In this document: positions 10,801-24,300 of the stretch, one piece after another
Layout: every line of letters begins with the position of its first letter
Position numbering within the stretch: position 1 is the stretch's first letter
Assembly: GCA_036172245.1 (NCBI GenBank)
Contig: JAYWIR010000031.1
Location: 1,426,001 to 1,490,000, forward strand
Origin: Raillietiella orientalis
Lineage: Eukaryota
DNA length: 64,000 bases
Reading direction: 5' to 3'
Position numbers and translations under genes: made by a program
Notes under the pieces: generated by a model
Database searches by the model: none
Told to the model about the DNA's origin: nothing
Seen by the model: only the letters and a program-made list of their open reading frames with translations

Positions 10801-13245
10801 TACAAATGCTACATCAGGTCGCCACCCTTTGATACTGCCTCCAGCCATAACAGGCTTTCCATCTTCATCATCACAAGCCACATGTTCCAAAACATCCAGC
10901 TGGATTGGAGAATCTTTGATGGATGTGGATTCCTGATTAGTGGACAATCCCAGAGATGAACAACAACTAAAATCATTCCATAATTCATTTTTCATTATGA
11001 TGAGTGAATCTTCAGATTTAGATTTTCTCAAACCGGAAATCACTTCACCAGATATTTTTCCTTCCCAGCTCTCTTTATTGCTTGCATATTCGAGGAAGTA
11101 TTCTGTGGTCTGCAGCAAAACATCATTCCCATGAGGAATATCTTTTTCACTCAAACACCTGGCAAGTCTAATCTTTTTTTTAAAATCCCTCTTAGAGAAC
11201 AGAGGCAAGATTTTATTTGCTTCTGAAAAATTAAAATCTGGTCTATCCACATCGGACAAGCAGCTTGCTGGATAGGGAGCCAACATGTGTTTTATAACTT
11301 CCTCTTTTTTGGAAACACTTATCAGAGAAATTGTTTCTTGCTGTGACAAGCCAGAACTTGAACTTGTCATTTTGGCCTGGTGCAAGCCTTTTCGTCTTTT
11401 GGTTCTCTGCTCATTAAGAGGTAAATTATTGAGATCCAGGCCGAATAAATGTTTTACAAGAATCCTGGTTAGTGTTGTTACAGTTTTCCCCCATTCATTA
11501 ATCAGTTCTTCCCAATGAGTTAAAGAAGAAAGCACACTGAGTAACTGATCCCATAAATCTAAAGACACGGGAACATTTAAATTTGCTCGAAACCAAGTAA
11601 CAATAAGAGTTTGAAACATCCCAGATGCCATTCTTCCTCCTAAAGTTGCATCCTTGCGTAGAGGGATTGTTTTGCTCATCATGGTGGATACAATATGCAG
11701 CAACACCATAAGCATGTACTCCCAAGATTGTTGATCAATTGAAATTTTCATCACAATATGACGGTATAGATTTAACACTCTTTTAGCAATTTCTACTTGA
11801 TTGTTGAGCAGAAGAGGATCTTCTTTTACATCAACAACAAAAATATTACATGAGCCACAGAGAAAGTAACGGACAAAATTTTGCATTCCTGCACAAACTG
11901 AAGCAGGAAAAGAAGTGGTAACTACATACTTAGAACTAGTTTGTGTTGACTGTTCCTTCAAGAATTCCGGACTAGTCTGAGATTCATTCATGAACCAGTC
12001 TTTGTACAAAGCTAACACTTTCCTGGGGGCAATGGGAAAATTCAAATGCATAAAAAAACTTTGTCTACAGCATTCCTGGGCAAAACTAATCATATCTTTG
12101 GATGAGCATACAAGTTCTTTTACAAAATTCAAATCTGTCAAAGAAACTGCTTCCTTAGAAGTGAACAGACTATTGGAATCAAAAGACCAAAGACCTTTAT
12201 CAACCATACTTGAATGAAAGGAGGAATGTGAGGATAAAATAGATGATAAAGAACTTCTATCTGTAGAATAGTATTCTTGTTTATCTAAGTGATTGCTCTT
12301 GGTACCAGAAAAAGTATGACTTAAACGAAAATTGGGAATATTTTGGAACAATTTCACACACCATTTGACCAAAACAATTTGATTTTGACCTTGCGATTCA
12401 GAACATTCAACTATCTTTCCATTGCTGTATACCAAATTCAGACCATCAACATAACAAGCTTCTGGAAGTTCCAACACAGGATTGTAAAGACTAGATTCTG
12501 CAGAAAAACTGGGAAAAATGAATGGAAGATACCATTTTTTAAATTCATCTAAAAGGAAAAAAAATGAATTTTTTGCCATTTCCTTTTTATTTTCCCATTC
12601 TGGTTTTGATATAACTGTGACAAAACTATCTAAAAGACATTCGAGAAAAACTGCCGTAATCTCTGTGGAGATTTTTTCATCTTTCTGAGAAGGATATATG
12701 GGAAGTACTTCCTCATGTAATGCAACAGACAAACAGTCTGAACCATATACTAGAGACTCAGCTCTTTTATTGATTCCAGGGACTAAAGTTGAAAACATTA
12801 GTCTCATTTCCTTTGTTGAATCAGCACCCACAATAAGAAACCAAATAAGAAACAGTTTAATAGCATCCCTCCTTATCCTTAATGAATTTAAAGGATGAAG
12901 AAGTTTTTTCATTATTCTTGTTAAACTATACAATTGCCACTTTTTTTTAATCAAATCTGGGAGAAGAATTAATATATTTTCAAGAAGGAAAAAAACTTGT
13001 TCTACTTCATCTTTATGTTGCTTATGGCTTTTCTGCTTTAGGTTTGTTTCTGTATATTCCAACAAATCATTCAAAGCAAAATATACTACACTATGGTGAC
13101 TTTCAAATAATTGTTTTGCTTCCTCAAGATCTGCATTTTCTAAGATTATCTTCAAGTGTTTAATTTTTGCACTGCTATCTTTTCTTACATCTAAGAATTT
13201 CATAACTGATTTTTTGATGTCTGTCTGAGAGCGTCTAGTAAACAT
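7837..13245 (-). CDS. RALGAPA: Ral GTPase-activating protein subunit alpha (RapGAP-domain protein), single coding exon, 1802 aa
   Basis: Uninterrupted ORF. The N-terminus MFTRRSQTDIKKSVMKFLD...KHLKIILEN resembles RALGAPA1/2. The C-terminal RapGAP domain reads RETYKVAVIYVASGQEDK...GLGWEVEL...PYYAT...FHVSTRMP...RHLGNDEIHIVWSEH and retains the catalytic Asn. Confidence 0.96.
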   Translation of the reverse strand: MFTRRSQTDIKKSVMKFLDVRKDSSAKIKHLKIILENADLEEAKQLFESHHSVVYFALNDLLEYTETNLKQKSHKQHKDEVEQVFFLLENILILLPDLIKKKWQLYSLTRIMKKLLHPLNSLRIRRDAIKLFLIWFLIVGADSTKEMRLMFSTLVPGINKRAESLVYGSDCLSVALHEEVLPIYPSQKDEKISTEITAVFLECLLDSFVTVISKPEWENKKEMAKNSFFFLLDEFKKWYLPFIFPSFSAESSLYNPVLELPEACYVDGLNLVYSNGKIVECSESQGQNQIVLVKWCVKLFQNIPNFRLSHTFSGTKSNHLDKQEYYSTDRSSLSSILSSHSSFHSSMVDKGLWSFDSNSLFTSKEAVSLTDLNFVKELVCSSKDMISFAQECCRQSFFMHLNFPIAPRKVLALYKDWFMNESQTSPEFLKEQSTQTSSKYVVTTSFPASVCAGMQNFVRYFLCGSCNIFVVDVKEDPLLLNNQVEIAKRVLNLYRHIVMKISIDQQSWEYMLMVLLHIVSTMMSKTIPLRKDATLGGRMASGMFQTLIVTWFRANLNVPVSLDLWDQLLSVLSSLTHWEELINEWGKTVTTLTRILVKHLFGLDLNNLPLNEQRTKRRKGLHQAKMTSSSSGLSQQETISLISVSKKEEVIKHMLAPYPASCLSDVDRPDFNFSEANKILPLFSKRDFKKKIRLARCLSEKDIPHGNDVLLQTTEYFLEYASNKESWEGKISGEVISGLRKSKSEDSLIIMKNELWNDFSCCSSLGLSTNQESTSIKDSPIQLDVLEHVACDDEDGKPVMAGGSIKGWRPDVAFVLWKRLLGALGNPNLVCQPDAHAHIFQILSELCNTMIEIRRNLGISVGKNSTPAPPDVVLPNTLFLPWCFQCVFLPSSYKKGKLAAFQVICKIFFSLQDIPFTKDQLAQFFNVMKFGLSGSDKDITQAIIKWCGPRYISAMLPASSLLLLDFLFAANSILSSDYKDLPRLEAILTVASIVIYVSKVPSLSVLTLQEGRASLTTVTDAKETVINILLRSGKHDSNFETKIIALNALTVFIYSDLVHNQQQTKVPEAVHVILRALESTEIQIAQMACDMLQCIADQTSQLFKLHPELPYAIIKGISESLSRLLHLNFVPRRMEMQRLLMSHMLCLGTWCMNVPLSVLLEKRLNQKQLLILVFEVLNLGIQIPKLLLPNGAPDANKINLLQEDAIALCGRTVTQYLINHLHHFPMSVGASRMSSLVTEQDDLCNLEKEETNSYTLHYPNLQLIALNNSYIASFIELPVVETPGGGITGGLVTAPNQVRVILRSLFGKACWDASILYGTPEQCWRSSQALLPPNFSLDTKSSEKGDPSFIQANVPKKFSHLVKSSPMFHKQSSYMLPKCSNSMKDADNLNDLLCYIGCTSPECLKVHSAPLNEPSCSNIYLPQELEDDLITELANQKNDEIHHLNSMTCDAKFPVQHASSIFMPSSAFHYSRLLFTHLGLSNIEKRNQVNLLQKNDKFIRELKNLDGQKCRETYKVAVIYVASGQEDKHSILSNSVGSPDFEDFVAGLGWEVELESHAGFLGGLQKNGVNGETAPYYATAFCEVIFHVSTRMPGNDDPQSIIHKMRHLGNDEIHIVWSEHYRQYRREILATEFCDVLIVVYPLENNMYHIEISKKKDIPMFGPLFNGIVIDKSILSSLVRATAINASKAQRDLLPFYENFYQERAKALGTIFNKHQNLCTYEEFVASVYSPDNDLEDVIKFPSFVSRTDSMISANSSASLQTTERSIQQSLHSSDLTATKKHSHTTSLTSRSSVSSCASQRS

Positions 13246-16200
13246 ATTTCACAGAGAGACTACTACATAAAACCTGTCTTTATAGTTTCCAATTACTACA
13301 TGATATTATATGTGCTTACGGAAAATATTTTTTTTTGTGTTGCATGATAAAATTTCATGGATGCACAGATTTATCACTATGTAGAAACTGAAAAGATGGA
13401 CAAAAGATTAAATCAAAAGTTACAACAAATGTGTGAATTTTATTGCAAACATTGATCATGTTACTAGTTTTGACAGAAACATGCATATCATTAGACTCTA
13501 CTTCTCAAGATAAACATTTATCAAATAATCACCATACATATACAGCAACTGTTTTCAAAATTAAATACTAGTTTGCATGTTCCGATGCTCCACATAATTA
13601 ATAATTAATTCATTTTTTACAATCAAATCATGAGAATATGAAAACAATTTTATGTTGCTATGTGTTCAGCTTCCAACTGCTGTTACGTTTTCCCAACAGT
13701 AACAAGACCCGTACAACAGGTAGCATGCAAGAAAATAACGATGTGAATTAAAGTAATAAAGCAATGATGAGCTGGCACACACTCAATGAATTTAAAACTC
13801 ACAAATTTAGGATGTTTACTCGATATTTGTGATCTTTGCCAATGTTCAATTTTAAACATGTCGAGTTGCAAAATTATCAACGAAAAAGCTCGTTTAAAAA
13901 GATCTGAAGAATTTCTAATTGCAAGCTGGTGAGAATGATCACTTGCCTCACCGACATTCATATGCATTCCTATTCTTTACAAAGATAAATATACCACACA
14001 AAAATAATACTTAATCTTTTACGAAACGTAAATCCAAGCAAATCTCCATTCTACAGATACATTTTTTTTTTTCTTTCTATTAATGATCATTTTCGCCTTC
14101 ACTATGGTGAGCTAATCATCCATGAAAAGGATTCAATCTATAAGGAACAATGAAAATATGTTCAATTTTCTTTATGGGCCTACTACATGTTATAATTTTA
14201 CAAGTAGAATAATGTCTTCATTTGTAGGAAAGCAGTATTGACTCCAATTCTGCTCAGTCGTAAAAACAATAGTACTTTTTACACACATAAGTTGTTCGTT
14301 TTGCAAGATTGAAGTTGCTAAAAAAAAATTGTGTACGGGGTTACGAGTCAAGGAGGGCCTATTCACTTTCTAATCGTGATGGATAAATCAAAAGATAGGG
14401 GCTAATTCAGGGTGCTCTGTGTGAAGTGATGTGAATATTTTATTGGGAACTGTGCCTACAAAATCAAACCATCCTTACCGACAAGATACTTTTCATAATG
14501 AACCCCTTTCGGATTATGCAGAACTGTAGCCTGCACTCATTACCTAATAGATACCATGCTTGAATTGTATTAACTGAATGTATAACTATTATTAAAGATG
14601 TAGTGTACACTGAATTTTTCACAGTGTCGGTTTCCGAGTGACTCTTACACGACTCTTACACTCATGCTCTCCTTGCATTAATGTTGTTCATGTCGTTAGA
14701 GAACAATTTTCAAACCCTAATTGCATGCGGAAAGAAGTAATTACCGGAAAGAAGACTTCTTTCCACAGACTTTAATACGGATCCCGATTCCCTATTCGGC
14801 ATTGCAAAACAGTAGTGCGTGGGAGAATTGCACATAGAACCGGGAGTTGACGGCAGTTCCCTGTGTTTCCTAATCGATCCCATTGCCCTGTTTATTCGAA
14901 ATTCTGTCATTTAGGATGAGGAAAGGAGAGTGCTATATGGCTGATTGTCAACAACAGCCTTTCGTGCTTTTCTAAATACAGCATCAAATTCATCTTGAAT
15001 CCAAATCCAAAGCACAGCAAAGTTAAAAAAAGAAAAAAAGTTTAGGAATGAATGTAGTTTTGGGGAATAAAATTCAATTCTTAACGCGTGCAAGGAATAG
15101 AGGAATGAAAGGAAAGCATTAAGCGGTTAGCTGGGAAACTGTGTCACCAGCTCTATGCCAGCATCAGTGTTACTTGATCATGTGGTCATAAGGCAATCTG
15201 TGCACTTCTCTCGGTAGAAAAGAAGGAAAAAAAATGGAAGATTGTTTACTTTTGCATCCCAAATATGACACAAACATGTCCGCTGTGAAAGGACAAACAC
15301 TGATTTTCTTTAAGAAAAATATCATAGGGATCAAAAATAGAGAAGAATAGTAGAAGAAATCTGACACTTTTTGGAAGCCATAAGCGTATATTAAGTGGTA
15401 ATTTTGAAAACATTGAAATGGAATTGGATTAAAAATGCAGCTGAAAAAAAAAAAATTTTAAACTACCAAATCCCAAATTCCAGATGATATACTAGAGGTG
15501 TAACTACTACCTATCAGGGGAAATAAATCCATTCTTTCTAATGTGGAAAGAATAGAATCTCATTGCTAGATCATTCCTATGTCAATCACTGCATAGATTC
15601 ATTGGATAGTAAAGCACTTCGTGTAATGTAGAAATCAAACAAAAAACTTTAGTGATAACATTTAGCTGTTGCTAGAGCATCAATTACTTTATCAATTAGA
15701 TTCGGTATGTGGTATGCATTCAAGTATTCGACTCTAGAATCCGAAAGTTTCCTCAGTGATGGAAAGGTCTGATTTTCTAAACCATAAAGTTCAGATCGAA
15801 AGAGTTACTTAGGTGGTTTTAGACCGATGAATTCCGGAAGCATCATCAGCAGCAAACATCGTTTTCACAGCTTGGCTGTAAGTGATTTTCAAACTCCCTT
15901 CACTATCATGAAACAAAATCCAGTGCTTTGATCTGTTTTGTCTGAATAACCTTCTAAGGCTTGGAATGATCTGGAAATCATATCCGTCCCATAATGTAAA
16001 TTTGAATGAGGGCTTCAGATATAACCACCTCACCAACCTACATGAAATGAATTAGCTGACTGGTCTACATGAAAGGACAGAATGGACTTTGGATCTCTGT
16101 TCGTACAATAGCAACAGATTGAAATGCATTGCAAATAACCGTTATTGAATAGTGCATTAACAAACCAGAAAATAATAGAACGTACGGACTGTATCACGCA

Positions 16201-18245
16201 AATAAACCTTCCCATTAATATATATCAGAGTATTGTTTTTTTTTTTTTTTTTATGAAACTAACGTGTATAATATCGAATATTTAGTGGATAAATTAGGAA
16301 CGGATGAATAATTCACCTATAATTCGCATTAATGGAGTTTAGGTTTAACTTCTTTTTTAAACCCCTTAAAATTTTGCAGTAGACAAAAGCAAAGAAGCAG
16401 ATCAGTTTGTATGCGGAAAGAATGGGGAAAAAATGAAAACCGAGAAAAGTTCATTTTTTTCTGTAGAAAAACAGAGAGTTACATTGCAATAGTCGATATG
16501 CCTTTAATGGATTATAATCAGTTAGTAAAAGCACGTAAAATAATGCTGGTTGTTGCAAAGTGTGGCAATTTCAAGAGCACTGTATTGCTGAATTTGATGC
16601 TTTACTCTCATTTGTAAGGTAGCAAACTTCGCAAAGGCTTCCATAATTTCGAGAAAAAGTCCTTGGAGAGGGGGAAGGAGGAATCCATCTACGTTTTATT
16701 ATTTGGATGGATAAGAACAGAATGAAAAAAGCAAATACATGCTATTAACGACAACAGCATGAAGTTCACTGTTTTTCGGGCTGATGAGATTTACTTTAGC
16801 TGCGCTTCCTCCATTTCAGAGAGGAATCAAAATCCATTCTGTATGAGCAGGATTAGCGAACAAAATGACGGTTCTAAAAGTGTCAAGCGTGACTATCATT
16901 GAGGAATTTTTTTTTATAGGGACAGAATGGCAAAACTAGTCGCAATTTCGAAAAAGCAGAGTGCCGATCTGGGATACAAACTTTATAAAGACAGCTGAAT
17001 GTTAGCAATCCAGAAGGAAACTGAGTATAAAACCGTACATCGTGCCCACCAGAATGAACCAATTGACTCGAAATGGAGTATCTCAAATGACATGAATTCA
17101 AATGAAACAGGAATGATTTTCCAAGGTCACTTTTATCTTCAGATAATGCATCCCAAATGAAATTTACACATCTCCATACTTCTTCCTCACATACACAAAC
17201 ACTCAACAATAGGGAACCATTGTTTTCACATTTTCCATTGCTGTGCCGTGAAGTGTATGCTTTATCTTTTGCCACTGCATGTGGCACTTTCAATTTGATA
17301 GCCGAGTTTTCCTGTCTTCACTGCATTTGGGTTTCTATGGTTTATGGGATCGCACGATGATAGCCATAAAAAGTCAGATGCAAGTTTTAGATAAAAGAAG
17401 AAATCGTTAGGAAGTATGAGAAAGAGATGCACTTTCACACACGAATTGTGTGCGGTGCAAAAAAAAAAAAAAAAAATTGATGATGTAGTAAGAGTGAGAC
17501 TTTCGAGAAACCTCACAAGAATCTCAGACATATAAATAATTATAAAATGGTTGTGAGCGAGTAACGTGACTTTGACTGACTAACTTTGGTCCAACTGTCG
17601 ATGAATTGAGCTTTAAACGTAGAAGGCACAAGTGGTTTTCTCTTGGAAGCAACCAAGAACAAATTCTAAAATCGCTAGACGGAAACTACGAACATTCTGT
17701 AGACTCAAGAAGGTGAGAATCAGGGCTAACCAAGTCCAGTGTTGTTTCGTTAGTACTCCCCACTGGAAAAGGTGCAAAAGATGCAAGCAATACTATAAGA
17801 ACAGAAAGTTGTGGTTTAAGAAATCATTGGAATAAGCACTCCGATATGAAAGGGCAAGTATTGAACTATTGTGGAAATATACGTTTAGTTCCCTGTGAAC
17901 CATACGAAGTTGAGACCTATGCGATTGGAGATATGAACATTGAATAATAAATACAACTTCCGCATGGCTTCCCAGATGATGTAATGCCATAAATGGAAGA
18001 AAAAACTGTACACTACCTCTACCAAAAGTGATACGATGCCTCGAGTGAACCATGACCATGTGAGCAGAACTGTAGTGAAGATTTCCTATGTGAAAGACCT
18101 CTTGGTGTTTTTTGCACTTGTATATGCAACTCGACTTGTGGACTTTTAACTTATATGATGAGTTGCCACTGAACCGAGACTGAATGTTGGTGGCTGAATT
18201 TTTTGTAGAAATTTTTGTCTTTACCATCATCAGCGCTAACAGGAA

Positions 18246-18331
18246 ACTAATATAGGCGAGTACTAATCACAAGCACAGTTACTAAACTGACGCAAACGAG
18301 TACTAATCACTTTTAAACCAGCACTAATCAC
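18246..18331. repeat. Iterated ACTAA(TCAC) motif at ~20-bp spacing
   Basis: CGAGTACTAATCAC at 18257 and 18297, and AGCACTAATCAC at 18320. ACTAA cores start at 18246, 18262, 18281, 18302 and 18323. Confidence 0.6.
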
Positions 18332-21300
18332 GCCTCCGTTGCCGTTTTCGGCTGCGATATTGCCCGTGAGGAAAGCAAAGCCAAGTGGGAGTTTTAGAGG
18401 TAAGGATCTCTGAATCTTCAGAGAAATCGGGATCCTATCTAGTCTCACAAGATAAGATGCTGGTTCGTGAAAGAGTCTGGATTTTCTCTCAAATGAGATT
18501 TCGACCTCATAGGTTTTCTAACATTTTTTCTAGCATCTGGATATCATTACTTAATGAATTTCCATTCAGGCTAACTTTTGAGTGAGATGGAGTGCTAGCA
18601 ATGTAAGTTTCTTCGATAAACTGAGACTCAAGTATTCTGGCATCCCTTCTTATTATGAACAAGGTTAACAGGAACATCCAGTTTATTGTCCCACTGGTTC
18701 TAAACCAGAAAACAGATACGCTGCCTTTATATTCTACAGGAATCACACCCCGAAGTTATAACTTGGAAAGACGGTATGGACATGCTAATAAAAGATTATC
18801 GATACAAAGTGTCTGAATGTGTTTGCATTTCAATTTTTTTGTCTACACTTGACGTTTGGGATGCACTGCCGTCTGGAAAAGCTAATTTTATCGATTGACA
18901 TGATTTTTCTGTAGACTCAACGATGTTGTATGTTCCTATGTATTCACATGGTTGAGCGTTCTCAGTTTTGAGATTTTCCTTCAAAAGCATCGGTGTTGGG
19001 AGAATGCCATCCTTCCAAAGTCTATTCTTCTCCGACTACTCATTCTATTTTTTCCATTGTTTACCTTGTCTTACTCTATGTGTAGGATATGTCTTTGTCG
19101 GAATGGAAGTTGCCTACTCTCTCGACTGGATTGTAATGAGGCAATTACAATCTAATGATACGGAGAACCAAGTTCTATCAAGTTCTATCAAGACTGCAAG
19201 GATGGTTACGTAAAAAGCGAACATTCATCGGAACGAATATCCATGTACGTCTCATCATGTATACAGAAATGCTCACATGAAGGATGCACATCAACATGCA
19301 TAACAGGACAACTGACTCTCTCAACAGAACTCTCTCTCTTTTTTTTTCTCATAGAGTCTTTTCCTGATGTTGATATTCGATGTGTCATAGAAAAAGTCCA
19401 TCATTTTTGTGCATTCCAGACAGATCTGCACGTGTTCGTCCCTTTAAGGTATTCAAAGTTCCAGGAGTCCAGACATACTTTTTTTCCTTTGGAATGTTTA
19501 TATTCGCAGATTATTACCACCTAATTTTGGCTTCTTCCGCAAACTTGGCAACCTTTTCTTATAAATAGACAGTGAAGTTATATTTTCTACGTAATTCTTA
19601 TCTTCAGTTCTGTTCAGCATTGCTTAACGAAATCTCAAGACACTTCAGCCATTTAAACGGACAAAGTCTTGACCAGTGATTAACTTGAATGCATAAGGAT
19701 TCCTCATTATTTGAATTTAGAGTGGATCGCAAAAAAATAATTCTTCTGATGGAATACGAATACAAAATTTGAAACCAACACCCGATGTCAAAGCTGATAA
19801 ATCCTGAGACTTCATTACATTACATTACATTTTTCTTCTACATGGAATCTATACCTATTAAGCAAGAATGGAACCAAATATTTTTTCCATTCATTACTTA
19901 GCATGAACGTTAATATGAACGGACTCAAATGTACACGTCTCACTATAAGCTTGTAGAGGTTTTCTGGGATGAAGTCATAAAACATCCTAAATCCTAGATC
20001 AAAGTGTACACGTTAGATGACTGCAGCCTCGAGTTAAAGATAAAGGCATTTCATCTGCGCCTGCCTTACACGTTTGCCATTCTGAGATGTTAACATGTAA
20101 ATACATTTAAAATCATTTTTATTTCGGATTGTACATGGGTTCAGTTTCGTTTTGGTATGATAAATATGATGCTGAAGGTAATCGATGGGTAGAAGGGAAA
20201 ATTGCTTCTCAGTGTGGGTAGGCGTGTAAACAAATTACAGGATACAAACAGAAATGTCAAATGACTGACAAATTTGCCCAAAGTGATGGAACCGTGCTTG
20301 CTTCTTCTAGATAAAGTCCATGCTTCTTCCTCAAAACCATTTATTCTTGCTCATGCGTCACTCCCGAAGGAGAATTTATAACATGGGAAATCATTCCACG
20401 ATTTGTAGGCACTGCCAATTGAGGTCTAGGTGTTTCTTTTAATGCACTTGTGAAAGATCCTTTTCCATATAAGCGGTCCAGTTCCTCCTCTGTGCTATTT
20501 GATCCCCAATACTGGTGGTGCCTTTCATTCTTGCAGAAGAAACAGTGTGATGGCTGCAATGATACTTTATTTTGTGTTTCTATCGGTAAAGTTTCTTAAT
20601 TTATTTCGAATAACTTTCAGAGATCCGTGTACGTCGGTTCGTTACGTGTACGTAACTTGGCATTCTACATTTGCAAATCCTTGAACTTTTGATTGTAATC
20701 CAACTCGAATGGATATATTATTTAGATACATCGAATAGCTCTAGATTTGACTCAGGAATTAATGAATCGAGGTGTGATTGATGGCATCAAGTGATACGAC
20801 CTTTAATCGAAAACCAAGTTTGAACTTCCGCTTCAACCTAAAACCGACACTTTGCTGTCGAAAGAAAGAAAGAAACAAATTTTCAATTCACAATATCGGA
20901 TGATTAGCAGTCCTTTAGTCCTTGCCTGGATGGACTTGCTCGAATTTATATGATGACTGAAATAACATTCGCTTAGTTCTTAAATTAAGCTCACGGTCGA
21001 CAAATTAATGCCTTCTTTTAGAATTTTTCTTTCTTTCTAGTTTGGAGATTATGGCTTTTCAATGGCCGGACTCGCAAGATACAAGAACCCCAAGACCCTG
21101 TATTCCCCCTTTCAGATAATAGGGAACTGTTCGTCATTGAAGGTGGATCGGTCGCGTATAGAAGTGCTGTCGGTCAATGAGGACTGTCTAGATGTTTCTT
21201 GTGAGGCATACTCAACAGAGGTTAAAAATGAAAAATTCATTGCAAAAATAATTTATACGGACATTTAGGACAATACATATTCATTCGATGCCCTACTTTT

Positions 21301-24300
21301 TGACGTCCATTTCTCGGAGCTGTTGCGCACTTCAAGCTTAGAATTGAAAGATTCTCAGTATGTAGTGAGGTGAGTGCAGAATTCATGTACGTAATTAAAG
21401 CTCCTGAAATGGAGGTGGGTGGGGTGGGCTCTATATGAATAAAGAAAAGTTGAGAAGTAATGTCGTGCACGGAAACCAAGGAGCTCTGCAACCAGCAGCT
21501 GAAAAAAGGTTTATCCGCATAGTTTTCCTTTTCTTTCTTTTGAGGCAAAATGTCTTTTGTATGTGATATTTAAGAACAAGGAACGAAATGATCTTTTTGT
21601 CCTCTATCGAAGGAAGTAAATTCTAGAAATCAGACGTCCTAGATGCTCAAAGAGGTGAGGGATCTTTAAGTGTCGAATCCTTGAACAAGAAACACTAACA
21701 AGCCTAAAAGCTTTAATCTTAGAATATGGAATGTTCGTCATTACATTAAATGCATCCGTCATGTTTCACGCTTTACGGAATTGTAAAGTTTTCATAAAGT
21801 AGTCATCAAGATTTTCATATAACCCGAGAGTTTGGAGATGTAATGCTCGACTGTTGAGGTAACACTGACCATCTTTCAGCCCTATTTTAAGATAGGCAAT
21901 TTGATAGGTTTTACGTAACCCCAAGTAATGTATGTGCTTCGTGATTTTCAAACCAGTTATTGAATCAGAAATTTCGATTCCTCATCTTCATGAACCATTC
22001 TCCTTTTTCCTGTATTATAGTGGTTACTAGATTTTGCAAATTATAGTAGTTATAAGATTTTACATATTCACAGATCAGCGAAATGTAATCTGATTACCTT
22101 ATTCTGAGTAATGCTAGATAGCATACGACATAAATGTCAAGAATTTAGCTATTTTCTTGCATACCCCGGAATTAATTCGTACACTAATTCGGTAGGCACA
22201 GACTACGAATTGTTTTTCCTTTTACGTATTAGTGCAGTTTTTGCATTTGTAAAAATTTTTTCTGATAAACATTTTATCTGTGAGTCGACATCGGCAAGAG
22301 TCACTGGTAATTTGTGTGGATTCCTTCGAGTTTGAAAATTCGTTATAATTTCTTTTACCTCAAGCGAGTGTCCTATACAGTTTGACATTCGAGATTTAAT
22401 TTTTCGATTTTAATGAGTGAAGTCATCATTGAGGGAATCTGATCTGTTTCCCTCCACGATGAGGTTTTTACAATCAAGCGAATCTCATTTTCCAACGAAA
22501 TTTCTTGGTTCGTGTTCAGCATTAAAATTACAGGATTAAAGTTCAGCTTCCTTTGATGTACGAGTTCACCACGGATATCAAATGTGGCGGAGTTGATAGT
22601 TTAATAACTGCAAGCCAAAAATTATGCTACTACCTATATCACCTTTTCTTTACATTTTTTTCCCCTTGTCCATAGCACAGTCTAGTATGAACAGGTATTC
22701 CTCATTCCTCATCTAATGAATGACGAGCACAAATGCTTCTATCAGTCGATTAAGAATGCAGAGAGAGCTTATCCAATCTACAGCGGCACGCCTCCTCACT
22801 CTAGAGATTGTGCATTTTCGGTTTGCATGCCTAACCATAGTGATAGTATCGCCCGTTGCTGAGCAGATGAGTCCGGTTTCAATACGAAATCGTAGGGTCG
22901 ATCCTCCCACAGCACCATCCTTCGTGGTGCTCAAGCTCCCAGTCGAATTCCGCAACGACAAACGCCTAGTTTTGGCCAGCAAAAGGATCCACTGATTTCT
23001 GGAGTTTGTTCACTGAATACAAGTGGCAGTGGATTGGGTTTGAGATCCTGTGCTGGCATGTCAACGTCTTAACACCACCCGTTCCTGTTTGTTTCGATGC
23101 TTTCCCCCTTGAAACTGTTTGGTAAGGAGTATCCTGGCTTTCGCCTCTTTTCTGGGTGTGAAGGATTCCATCCACCTCATGAATCGCCTACCTGGATGCT
23201 TCTTCTGGAGTCCAATCGTCTTTGTCAATGGAAATGAAACCAAAAATGATCAGATTCGTTGATGGATTCAGTAACGATCTCGGAAAGGGCGAGTCACGCT
23301 TGAGAAACGAGAACCTTATCTTTTTGTGAGCCCTTTTGGAAGCTCTTCTTCTTCCACCGCTAGCGAATGAATGCTCCAAGAGAAGCGTTTCAGTACATAC
23401 TTTCCGCTTTTTTCGAAGGCTTTGCATGCGGCACTGGATTCCGTAGCTTGAGAAAATCCCACGTGTGTTTCGACGCTCAGAAGGCAAAGCGAAGATGACA
23501 TTTCGATTCTAAAGGAAGGATGGAAATTCTTCCATAAAAGTGGAGTGTACGAGACCGGTTTCCGAATGGAAACAAGTTTCGTTCTTTATGGAAGGTCTCA
23601 ACCCGCCTGACTGAGTGTTTCACGTGTCCGTGGTGTTTCGTCTGCGTGTCAGCCATTTTATGAGTTCGGCTGCTTTCCAGTAACACAATGTTTTTTGAGG
23701 AACGAACCCACAGAACCCTTCAAGTCAGCTGAACGTTCACCACTCAGCGAGATATAAGGAGAAGCGTTTTCGGTGACCAGATGTGGCTCATTGACCTTCA
23801 AAAGTGAAATGATTATCGCGTCTGGGTCACGAGATTCGTGTGTTTTTCACAGAATGCAAGAAAAGACTCCAAGAAAAATCACAGAACACTCGCCTTTGCA
23901 TGCAAATCCGGTATTTCTTCTTCGTGAATTGCTTTGGCTTTGGTGTTTCACTAATACGCAATGCAATATGCAATGCGCATGTGACAGGATCTCTAACCGT
24001 GCTTTCTTGTCTTTCAAACATCTGCATTCCCTCTGATCGCTCTTGCAGGACACAAGCAGAGCTATTCAGAAACAAAGTCCTTTGGTTTGGCAATGCTTCT
24101 TTTCTGTCCTTGCGGCTCCCAAGACTTGTACCCGCCAACGAAGAGTTGTTGTCAGCAAACAAAAACAACAGATATTTTCTACTGCTTAGTGTTTACAGCC
24201 CGTGTTCCTGTCAAAAGGAAACATTCCTCGGATTCTGAAACCACATCTCCCCAGCACTATTCTCTGCATAGAACAAAACCATTGTATCCTGCAAGGATGC

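Noticed and set aside
2919..13245. RalGAP-alpha nested in a testin intron
   Set aside because: A plausible in-frame testin start exon exists at 3038-3003, so nesting is not required. It cannot be excluded without transcripts.
16615..16626. TAAGGTAGC resembling the R2 28S rDNA target
   Set aside because: A 9-nt match only, with no rDNA context.
19996..20008. AGATCAAAGTGTA, identical to U2 nt 24-36
   Set aside because: Only 13 nt, with no retroelement or TSD adjacent. It overlaps a local repeat (TCAAA(G)TGTACACGT also at ~19925), so chance cannot be excluded.
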